Shown in pieces: positions 24,778 to 32,000 of a stretch of 32,000 bases of DNA (the stretch's first letter is position 1; each line of letters starts with the position of its first letter). Origin of the DNA: Hyperthermus butylicus DSM 5456 (lineage in GTDB: Archaea; Thermoproteota; Thermoprotei_A; Sulfolobales; Pyrodictiaceae); the NCBI RefSeq assembly GCF_000015145.1, contig NC_008818.1:1170001-1202000 (forward strand). The letters are read 5' to 3'. The translations under genes and the position numbers were made by a program. The notes beneath the pieces were generated by a model. It did no database searches. It was not told the DNA's origin and saw only the letters and a list, made by a program, of their open reading frames with translations.

Positions 24778-25062
24778 CTACCGTGTAGGTGGTAGTGCTA
24801 CATGTCTAGCTAGCAAGTAGGGAAGGAGCATTAACAGTACTGCAAGTGCCATTAACACTATGCCGCCTATAACAGCTATCTTAACCATATCACTGTTCGA
24901 CCCAAAGATTATCGGTATAGGGCCTATAAATACTATGCCACCATACTCCGTCTTGCCGCCAGCTCTGAACGCTGAGAGGAAGATGCCAAGAAACACTAGT
25001 AGGACGCCTATGAAGATTAAGGCTATGCCTACGGGCACTAACTTGGCCGGCGTAAACTCCAA
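24778..25062 (-). CDS. small membrane protein, DUF131-like
   Basis: 94 aa with three hydrophobic segments and the central GGIVFIGPIPIIFGS motif recalled from the archaeal DUF131/TIGR00304 family. Confidence 0.55.
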   Translation of the reverse strand: MEFTPAKLVPVGIALIFIGVLLVFLGIFLSAFRAGGKTEYGGIVFIGPIPIIFGSNSDMVKIAVIGGIVLMALAVLLMLLPYLLARHVALPPTR

Positions 25063-25138
25063 GGCTTCTCCAGCCCCTTGAAAGCCAGCCTATATACCCC
25101 TATCCAACTAGACTTCCTGCCGTGCGTGCATAAAGTTA

Positions 25139-25810
25139 TTGGTTTACCGGATATATGGAGCTAGTCGGGAGTGGTGGGGGGCTTCCTTGACGCTATTTGG
25201 CTTCAACTACGATTACCAACCATCTGTGCCGTGGGTTCCGACACGCAACGAGGTTATAGAGTACCTCGTAACAGTGCTTCGGCCAAAACCTGGCGACGTC
25301 GTATATGATATCGGCTGCGGGGATGGCAGGGTAGCAGTGACGATAGCATCAAAGTTTCCCCACGTGAGGGTTAGGTGCGTAGAGCTACGTCGCGACCTTG
25401 TGGAGAGGGCTAGGAAGCTTGCCGAGGAGCAGGGCGTTAGGGGGCTAGTTGATATTGTTGAGGCTGACTTCTTCAAGGTAGACCTAAGGGATGCAAACAT
25501 AGTATACATGTATCTTTTGACTAGTGTTAATCAGAAGTTGAGGCCAAAGCTCGAACACGAGCTTAGGATTGGCACTCTTTTAGTATCGCTAGACTTTCCG
25601 ATACCTGGCTGGAACCCAGTTGCAACCATTGAACTTGAGAGGTCTTGGCAAAGGGTATTCTACATCTATGTGCGCGGAGTCTCGGATATAGGCACAGCCA
25701 GTGAAGCTATGGAAGAGGCCCTGAGGAGCGCACTTAGGAGACTCGACCTTGAAGCCGCTAGGAGAAAGGGGGCAAATATAGTTATTAGCCTTCCTCAAAT
25801 CTCCAAGTAG
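25139..25810 (+). CDS. class I SAM-dependent methyltransferase
   Basis: Motif I is [14 protein letters not shown], an acidic post-I residue occurs in VRCVELR, and motif II-like is VEADFF. The 3' end overlaps the cysS 3' end by 26 nt (convergent genes). Confidence 0.7.
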   Translation: MVYRIYGASREWWGASLTLFGFNYDYQPSVPWVPTRNEVIEYLVTVLRPKPGDVVYDIGCGDGRVAVTIASKFPHVRVRCVELRRDLVERARKLAEEQGVRGLVDIVEADFFKVDLRDANIVYMYLLTSVNQKLRPKLEHELRIGTLLVSLDFPIPGWNPVATIELERSWQRVFYIYVRGVSDIGTASEAMEEALRSALRRLDLEAARRKGANIVISLPQISK

Positions 25811-27257
25811 TTTTGCCTCCAGGATAATCATAGAGCTTTATGCCTAGCTCTCCGAGTTCTGCCCGAATGTTGTCTGCCAGCTCGTACATCTTTCTCGCCC
25901 TAAGCTCGGCTCTGACCTTAACTATGAGGTCTACGAGCTTACCGACCAGCTTTTGGGCTTGTTGAGCTACACCATATACAATGTCGTCGAGCACTGCGAA
26001 TACCTCGTTGAACTCTAGTAGTGTCCTGTAGGCTAGGATGGCTGCTGTATAGTTTTCTGCTGGCAGAATTTCGGCGTTAACAGTCTTTACGAGCTTTAGC
26101 GCTGCTGCTAGCGCGCGGGAAGTATTGAAGTCATTGCTCATGGCCTCGTGGAACTCCTTGTAGAGCGTCAGCACTGTGTTGACAAGCTTTGCTTCGCTAT
26201 CACCTAGCCTTGACTGGGGGTCTACCTCCTCGATGATCCTCTGTAGGCCTTGTAGGGCCCCACGCAGCCTTCGGAGGTTTGCTTTTGCCTGCTCTAGCGA
26301 TTCCTCAGAGAAGTCTAACTGTGTTCTATAGTGGGCGCTTAGTATCCAGAGGCGGAGCGTCTCGGGGCTCCACTTCTTCAACGCCTCTCTTAGCGGTATA
26401 ATGTTGCCTAGACTCTTGCTCATTTTTTCGCCGCGTATTGTGAGGTAGCCCGTGTGCAGCCAGTATCTCACCCAGGGCTTCTTGCCAAAGTATGCCTCGC
26501 TCTGGGCTCGCTCGTTCTCGTGGTGCGGGAATATGAGGTCCTGGCCGCCACCATGTATGTCGAATTGGTCTCCAAGATACCTTGATGCCATTACGCTGCA
26601 CTCTATGTGCCAGCCCGGCCTCCCCCGGCCCCAGGGCGCCTCCCAGTATGGCTCGCCCGGCTTCCACGCCTTCCAGAGAGCGAAGTCGTATGGGTTCTTC
26701 TTCTCCTTTAGCACGTCCTCCTCCTGGCGCCACTCCTCGGGGTGGAAGCGACCGCTAAGCCTTCCATAGTCTGGATACTTGTCTACCTCGAAGTATACGC
26801 TGCCGCTTGGCGCTACGTAGGCGTAGCCCTTGTCTATGAGACCTTCTATGAACTCTATTATCTCGCGTATATGGCTAGTGACGCGGGGATGCATGTCTAT
26901 CTTTATGCGGAGCGCGCGGAGCCCCTCAAAGTAGTCCTTAGCGTATGTCTCGACTATCTCGCGCCAGTCCTTACCCTCCTCACGTGCTCGGTTGATAATC
27001 TTGTCATCGATATCTGTTATGTTCTGTACATGGTAGACATTGTAGCCTCTTAACCTCAGATACCTCTTGATGGCATCGAATGCCACGTAGGTTCTAGCAT
27101 GGCCGAGGTGTGTGTAGTCGTAGACTGTTGGGCCGCAGACATACATGCGCACTAAGCCGGGCCTTAGGGGCTTAAACTCCTCAAGTTTACCTCCAAATGT
27201 GTTACGGACCCGTATGGGAGGTAGTTCTATGTAGCTTAGTACGGGGTAGTTCTGCAC
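25785..27257 (-). CDS. cysS: cysteinyl-tRNA synthetase
   Basis: Contains HIGH-type [16 protein letters not shown], and the Zn/Cys-binding region GWHIECS...[15 protein letters not shown]. 490 aa. Confidence 0.95.
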   Translation of the reverse strand: MQNYPVLSYIELPPIRVRNTFGGKLEEFKPLRPGLVRMYVCGPTVYDYTHLGHARTYVAFDAIKRYLRLRGYNVYHVQNITDIDDKIINRAREEGKDWREIVETYAKDYFEGLRALRIKIDMHPRVTSHIREIIEFIEGLIDKGYAYVAPSGSVYFEVDKYPDYGRLSGRFHPEEWRQEEDVLKEKKNPYDFALWKAWKPGEPYWEAPWGRGRPGWHIECSVMASRYLGDQFDIHGGGQDLIFPHHENERAQSEAYFGKKPWVRYWLHTGYLTIRGEKMSKSLGNIIPLREALKKWSPETLRLWILSAHYRTQLDFSEESLEQAKANLRRLRGALQGLQRIIEEVDPQSRLGDSEAKLVNTVLTLYKEFHEAMSNDFNTSRALAAALKLVKTVNAEILPAENYTAAILAYRTLLEFNEVFAVLDDIVYGVAQQAQKLVGKLVDLIVKVRAELRARKMYELADNIRAELGELGIKLYDYPGGKTTWRFEEG

Positions 27258-27345
27258 AATAGTCTCACGCCCCTAGGCGTGGAGTGGTGGCCCTGGAAAC
27301 CTGCATAAAACTCTAACGCTGAACTCTTCCACGGGTGTAAAAGAG

Positions 27346-28539
27346 GTGAAGCTGCCGGCGAGGCTGGAAGCGCTACAGAAGCTTAAGGCGAGGCTTGCTG
27401 AGACGCTGGAAGCTAAGCTCGAACCTAGAGAACGCGAGACTGCAAGACGGGACCACCATGCATACCGTAGGCCCCGACCATGCGGCATGACTATTCATAC
27501 CGGCGTGGGCTGTAATGTGGGCTGCCTTTACTGCTACGTACCCGACATGGGATTTCCGCTTAAGCCTAGACCATACCCTCTCAACGGCCTACAGTTGGTT
27601 TACGCACTAGTCCTCAATCCATACTTTGTACCCGGCCCCGACGGTACTCTGCTAGCCTTCGGCTCTGTAACCGAGCCACTGCTACCTGAAACCGTAGAGC
27701 AAACCATAGAGTATCTACGGCATACACGCAACTACCTTGGAAACCCACAACAGCTTTCAACAAAACTCGTGGTTCAGGGAGAGCTTTTTGAGAGGTTCAC
27801 CGAAGCACTAGAGCCGAGAGCAAACATACTCATAACCATTACTACGATCTCGAAGGCGCATATCCTCGAGCCTAGAGCACCACCACCTATGGAGAGGTTT
27901 GAGTTTGCACGCATGCTCGTAGAGCGAGGTATTAATGTAACTCTCTTCCTGCGCCCTATAATACCTGGTGTGACTGATAGGGAGCTTGATGCGATACTAT
28001 CGGCTGCAGCCAGGGCAGGAGTACGCACCATTGTTCCAGGCAGTCTCCGTGTAACACCAGGAATCATACGTAGGCTCCGAGCCTCTCGCATCGTCGACAT
28101 GGCTGAGATCGAGAGGAGGCTGCCAAGGAAGCCCCGCAGTAGCCGCGACCAGGTTGCGATACGCGAAACGGACCTGAAGAACCTCGTGGCCCGTAAAGCT
28201 AGGGCTTACGGGCTAAGGGTTCTGCCCAGTAGCTGCTCAGCAAACATAAGGTCCCATGGCCTTGCATGCCATGCATGCATCTGGGGCCCTTGTGGTAATC
28301 CGAAATTACTCCCGCGACTCGTGGAGGAGGAGGTTGCTGAGGCTGCAGAGCTTCTGGGCTGCAGAAAGCCCCGTGTGAGGATCTCTGGATTCCGGGTGCT
28401 AGTCCGGTGCGGCTCAAGGCTTGAGGCAAAGACGAGGAATATAATCCAGTCGTGGCTTGAAACTCTGACAAAGAGGACTGTAACTGTTATAGCTCCCGGC
28501 CTACGTGGCAAGGGGTATGAGGCGTATGAGGAGGACTAG
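27346..28539 (+). CDS. radical SAM protein (SplB/COG1533-like 'DNA repair photolyase' family)
   Basis: The CX3CX2C cluster is in HTGVGCNVGCLYCYV, and the size and layout resemble COG1533. GTG start. Function not assignable from sequence. Confidence 0.7.
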   Translation: MKLPARLEALQKLKARLAETLEAKLEPRERETARRDHHAYRRPRPCGMTIHTGVGCNVGCLYCYVPDMGFPLKPRPYPLNGLQLVYALVLNPYFVPGPDGTLLAFGSVTEPLLPETVEQTIEYLRHTRNYLGNPQQLSTKLVVQGELFERFTEALEPRANILITITTISKAHILEPRAPPPMERFEFARMLVERGINVTLFLRPIIPGVTDRELDAILSAAARAGVRTIVPGSLRVTPGIIRRLRASRIVDMAEIERRLPRKPRSSRDQVAIRETDLKNLVARKARAYGLRVLPSSCSANIRSHGLACHACIWGPCGNPKLLPRLVEEEVAEAAELLGCRKPRVRISGFRVLVRCGSRLEAKTRNIIQSWLETLTKRTVTVIAPGLRGKGYEAYEED

Positions 28540-28542
28540 GCT

Positions 28543-29124
28543 GTGACAGGCGAGCAGGCTGGACGGTACCGTCTATTCAACCTAGTCATAGCCTATGAGC
28601 CTGGCACACATCGGGAGGATGATGCTATACGGCTTCTCCGGAGCATCATACCGGGCTTCCGGGTATTTGACGTAGCACAGTTCCTCATACTCGGGAAGGT
28701 CTATGGAAACCCTTACCAGGCTGTACAAGCTGCTGCAGAAAAGCTTTCAGAGGATGACCCCATACTCCGCATGATACCTGTTGATTACAACACGCCACCC
28801 TACGTGGAGTCTGTCGCTCCTCTCATCGCAGAACTCATCCGGGAGAGAGCTAAGCCTGGCGACACGTTTGCAGTGAGGCTTGAGGGCTATCTCTACAGCA
28901 GGGAGACTGAGAGAAAGCTCCACAAGAGGGAAGCCATAGAAGCGATAGCAGAGAACATAGATCTACCCGTAGACCTGGACAATCCGAGGATACTCGTGCT
29001 TGTAAAGGTTGTAAGGCTAACCCGCTCACTAAGCTATGCAGCTGTAACAGTTGCGCCACCCTGCACCATCTACTCGAGGCACCATGGCGGAGGCGTCTGT
29101 AGGGTAGAGTGGCCCCCAGCCTAG
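28543..29124 (+). CDS. stand-alone THUMP-domain protein
   Basis: An N-terminal ferredoxin-like part is followed by GDTFAVRLEGY...REAIEAIAENIDLPVDLDNPRILVLVKVV, the tFaVr...vdL.nPd..v.vei THUMP pattern. The gene starts 3 nt after the radical SAM stop. Confidence 0.6.
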   Translation: MTGEQAGRYRLFNLVIAYEPGTHREDDAIRLLRSIIPGFRVFDVAQFLILGKVYGNPYQAVQAAAEKLSEDDPILRMIPVDYNTPPYVESVAPLIAELIRERAKPGDTFAVRLEGYLYSRETERKLHKREAIEAIAENIDLPVDLDNPRILVLVKVVRLTRSLSYAAVTVAPPCTIYSRHHGGGVCRVEWPPA

Positions 29125-29201
29125 AGGGCTAGGAGCCCTAAACCCTAGTAGGGTCCTATGAAGGGTAGTCCATGTATTAGCTTCTATGGGGAGGACAGTT
29201 A

Positions 29202-30713
29202 TTGAGCCGCCAGCAGCCAGGAGAGGTGGTCGGCTTCACCATTGATAATGCTACACCAAGTATTGTCCGCTTCGTTTCGACGAATCCACCCCCAATTGGA
29301 GACTATGTTGTTGTCGAGTCTCCCGAAGGCTATGTACTAGGTCTCGTAGAACGCGTTGGAACGAAGAGTATGACACTTGCATTCATGTCTACAGCTTTCG
29401 ACCCACGACTCATTGAGAGACTCGGCGATGAACTGAGAGGCGACGTTTACTTTGAATGCATCGCAAGACTGCTAGGCAGACTTGAGGATTTGAAATTACC
29501 GCGGCTACCACCGCTTCCAGGTGCACGTGTGTATAAAGCGCCAAGAGCAGTTCTTGAGAAGGTGTTTGGGGGCAAGGAGCCCTACTACATTAGGCTCGGT
29601 GTTCTCGCCTCCAGACCCGACGTACAAGTTAACGTGAATGTAAACATGCTTGTTACTAGGCATACCGCCATACTAGCCATAACTGGTGCTGGCAAGAGTA
29701 ACACAGTAGCAGTTATTGTTGACAGGCTTGTAAGGATAGGCGGAACAGTAGTAATCCTAGACTTTCACGGCGAGTACCTAGCCTCAAACCTTGGAGGGGG
29801 AAGGGTAAATATTATCGAGCCACGGCTTAACCCACGCCACTTATCCATAGCTGAGCTTATGACGCTACTGGGCATAGAGCACAGGTTCTATAACCAGGAG
29901 CGTGTTCTCCGCAAGGCTCTGCGCAGGCTCGAACAGCGCAGCGTACACACCAAGGGCTTCCTTGACGAGCTTGCTGAGGAGCTGGAGAAGCTCGGTACTA
30001 GCCGAAGAGAGGAGGTCACGGCCATAAACGCAGTCATAAACAAGATTGAGAGCGTAAAGGACCGCTATAGCGACATACTTGACGACGAGGCTGCGGACAT
30101 AGTTGCAAGGATTAGACCAGGTTATGCAAACGTTGTTGACCTGAGTAGGCTTGACCGGGACGCCATAGACGTTACCGCGAGCCATTTACTGCGAAAGGTG
30201 CTATGGGAGAGAAAGCTACACAAACTCGGCGTGAAGAGTAGATTACCATACCCTATCCTCATAGTAGTTGAGGAGGCGCACATACTAGCGCCAAAGGATG
30301 AAGACACCTTGTCGAAGTACTGGCTGGCAAGGATAGCTAGGGAAGGGAGGAAATTCGGAGTAGGCCTCATGCTTGTAAGCCAGCGCCCCAAAACACTTGA
30401 CCCGGATATTCTTAGCCAGGCGAATAACCTTATAGTGCTTCGGATTGTCGAACCAAGCGACCAGCGCTACATACAAGCCGCAAGCGAATCCCTTACCGAT
30501 GACCTTGTTGAACAGCTTCCAGCGCTAAACACGGGCGAGGCAATAGTAATAGGGCCCCTCATCCGCGTCCCGGCGCTGGTTAAGATAGACAAGTACCCAG
30601 GTCCTCTCGGCGGCAGCGATATAGACGTTGTGGCCGAGTGGCAGAACCATATGAGCCAGGAATCCGAGGCCGAAGAGTCCACAATAGAAGATGTACTATC
30701 AAACCTCATGTAG
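29202..30713 (+). CDS. herA: HerA DNA helicase/translocase (FtsK-HerA superfamily)
   Basis: Walker A is AITGAGKSNTV and Walker B is ILIVVEEAH. There is an N-terminal HAS barrel (YVVVESPEGYVLGLVERV), a conserved REGRKFGVGLMLVSQRP, and an adjacent mre11. Confidence 0.9.
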   Translation: MSRQQPGEVVGFTIDNATPSIVRFVSTNPPPIGDYVVVESPEGYVLGLVERVGTKSMTLAFMSTAFDPRLIERLGDELRGDVYFECIARLLGRLEDLKLPRLPPLPGARVYKAPRAVLEKVFGGKEPYYIRLGVLASRPDVQVNVNVNMLVTRHTAILAITGAGKSNTVAVIVDRLVRIGGTVVILDFHGEYLASNLGGGRVNIIEPRLNPRHLSIAELMTLLGIEHRFYNQERVLRKALRRLEQRSVHTKGFLDELAEELEKLGTSRREEVTAINAVINKIESVKDRYSDILDDEAADIVARIRPGYANVVDLSRLDRDAIDVTASHLLRKVLWERKLHKLGVKSRLPYPILIVVEEAHILAPKDEDTLSKYWLARIAREGRKFGVGLMLVSQRPKTLDPDILSQANNLIVLRIVEPSDQRYIQAASESLTDDLVEQLPALNTGEAIVIGPLIRVPALVKIDKYPGPLGGSDIDVVAEWQNHMSQESEAEESTIEDVLSNLM

Positions 30714-30733
30714 TAACACCCCTAGGAGGGGAT

Positions 30734-31957
30734 ATGACGGAGGCTGACTATAGCGTGGAGCATCTACACTTGCTTCACGTGTCTGATACTCATCTTGGCT
30801 ACCGACAGTACGGCATTATAGAGCGAGAAATGGACTTCTACCAGGTGTTCGAGGAGGTAATCGATATAGCAATCCGCGAACATGTAGATGCAGTCATACA
30901 TACTGGCGACCTATTTGACTCTACAAGGCCACCAGCACAAGCCATAAGGGCTGCAATAAGAGCGCTTAAGAAACTAAGAGGACATGGTATACCCTTCATA
31001 GTTCTCGCGGGTGACCACGACACTCCTAAGCGTGCAAACCTCTCACCCCTCACCGAGCTCGATGAGGTCGGGCTGGCATACACTATAGGAGCCATCGGAG
31101 ATAAGCCGACAACCATACAAATTGATACAAGACATGGTCGCTTACTTGTTAGCGGTATAAGGAGCCAGAAGGGACTCCATGCCAGGAAACATTTGCTTGA
31201 TGCGTTTAAACAGCTTGTCCCCCGCGATAGGAGCACTGTGAACATACTCTTGCTCCACCAGGCTCTCCGCGAGGTCGCCCCCAACTACGAGGTTGAACTG
31301 GGCGAACTTCCCAAGGGATTCTCATACTACGCGCTAGGACACATACATCTCTACCGCGAGTTTAGGCTAGGAGATGCTGCAGTGGTATACCCTGGCTCGC
31401 CCGAAGTCCTAAGGATTGATGAGGCTCGCGAACAGCCTCAGCGCTATGTTGTACTCGTAGAGGTAGACCAACGTTCAACAAAATCACTTGAAAGAATAAG
31501 GCTGGAGATGCCAAGGCCCATAGTTTACAAGGAGATCATCTATCAAGGCCTTGCCGAGTTTAAGAGCTTGCTCGTGGAGCTTCGGGAGAAGCTTGCAAAG
31601 ATGGCAGCTAAGGGAGTGAAGAAGCCTCTACTATACATGTACGTGAAGCGGTTACCAAGGGGCTCGAAGACAGATATCTACACACTCGTCGAGAGGATTC
31701 TGGGAAGCTACATCCTAGACTACAAGCTTAACATTGAGACAGTGATAGAGAATGTGCCGAAGACTGTGCAGAGTGCAGCCGCCACTATAAACATTGAGAA
31801 TATACTCCGGGAGCTTCTCGGAAACGACGAGCTAGCACAGCTAGCAGTAAAACTCATTGAAATCCTTGGAGGCGAGTCCGAGAAGCATGCGCTCAAGGAG
31901 GCCTACAGTATTGTTGCGCAAGAGTTTGGCCTTGATAGGGAGGCTGGTCTACTATGA
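30734..31957 (+). CDS. mre11: Mre11 nuclease
   Basis: Phosphoesterase motifs are HVSDTHLG, HTGDLFD, AGDHD and GHIH. ATG 30734 is preceded by GGAGGGG. The ORF-track start 30638 lies inside herA. Confidence 0.9.
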   Translation: MTEADYSVEHLHLLHVSDTHLGYRQYGIIEREMDFYQVFEEVIDIAIREHVDAVIHTGDLFDSTRPPAQAIRAAIRALKKLRGHGIPFIVLAGDHDTPKRANLSPLTELDEVGLAYTIGAIGDKPTTIQIDTRHGRLLVSGIRSQKGLHARKHLLDAFKQLVPRDRSTVNILLLHQALREVAPNYEVELGELPKGFSYYALGHIHLYREFRLGDAAVVYPGSPEVLRIDEAREQPQRYVVLVEVDQRSTKSLERIRLEMPRPIVYKEIIYQGLAEFKSLLVELREKLAKMAAKGVKKPLLYMYVKRLPRGSKTDIYTLVERILGSYILDYKLNIETVIENVPKTVQSAAATINIENILRELLGNDELAQLAVKLIEILGGESEKHALKEAYSIVAQEFGLDREAGLL

Positions 31958-32000
31958 TCATAGAGGCTGTTGAGCTGGAGAACTTCCTCAGCCATCGCTA
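31954..32000 (+). CDS. rad50: Rad50 ATPase, first 15 codons only
   Basis: MIIEAVELENFLSHR matches the Rad50 N-terminal pattern (I..l.l.NF.sh). Its ATG overlaps the mre11 stop as ATGA. Confidence 0.7.
   Translation, partial: MIIEAVELENFLSHR

Noticed and set aside
25785-25810. 26-nt convergent overlap of the methyltransferase and cysS 3' ends as a regulatory feature
   Set aside because: Short 3' overlaps are common in compact archaeal genomes, and no structure or motif was evident there.
25213-27053. ORFs 25213..25509 (-), 25589..25831 (-), 26326..26733 (-), 26452..26769 (+) and 26742..27053 (+)
   Set aside because: They overlap the methyltransferase or cysS in other frames and have no independent support.
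30638-30733. Upstream extension of mre11 (start at 30638) overlapping herA by 76 nt
   Set aside because: The extension is Arg-rich and lies in the herA 3' end. ATG 30734 has a strong ribosome-binding site, and the conserved Mre11 motif I follows at the usual distance.

Overview
The window looks like a chromosomal segment of a hyperthermophilic, probably anaerobic crenarchaeote. This is inferred from CCA-encoded tRNAs (one with an intron), a superoxide reductase, the herA-mre11-rad50 order, GGTGA-type Shine-Dalgarno sequences and frequent GTG/TTG starts. The species cannot be determined without a database. Housekeeping content: birA (partial), dcd, tRNA-Pro(GGG, intron), superoxide reductase, an MFS transporter, tRNA-Arg(CCG), a VIT1/CCC1 transporter, a nitroreductase, tRNA-Arg(TCG), an M28-like peptidase, argS, a DUF167 protein, a CBS protein, a SpeH-type pyruvoyl decarboxylase, cysS, a methyltransferase, a radical-SAM plus THUMP gene pair, and herA-mre11-rad50 (rad50 partial). 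The accessory part lies between the two tRNA-Arg genes (about 3.7-17.2 kb). Directly after tRNA-Arg(CCG) sits a roughly 9 kb integrated-element remnant. It is bounded on the far side by a decayed copy of the tRNA's anticodon-arm-to-3'-end segment at 12706-12764 (45 of 52 positions identical by hand alignment). The element carries an inactivated tyrosine integrase, an inactivated serine resolvase and a 5'-truncated wHTH gene. At about nt 6757 the sequence switches abruptly to a low-GC block containing a tightly coupled five-gene minus-strand operon. Its genes are: a secreted protein with a PEP-CTERM-like C-terminal signal (VPELG, TM helix, basic cluster); a membrane-tethered wHTH protein; a processive GT2 glycan synthase (QxxRW); a small exosortase/archaeosortase-like protein (Cys, about 40 residues, Arg, then His); and a large GT-C-like membrane protein. 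This looks like a self-contained, horizontally acquired archaeosortase, substrate and exopolysaccharide module, and it is the main candidate for a poorly described system. The second gene of the operon appears to need a -1 shift on a T8 tract to use its coupled ATG start. Further right is a 1.4 kb stretch with no ORF of 60 aa or more, which contains a heavily decayed methyltransferase pseudogene. No CRISPR array, rRNA or intact transposase was seen.
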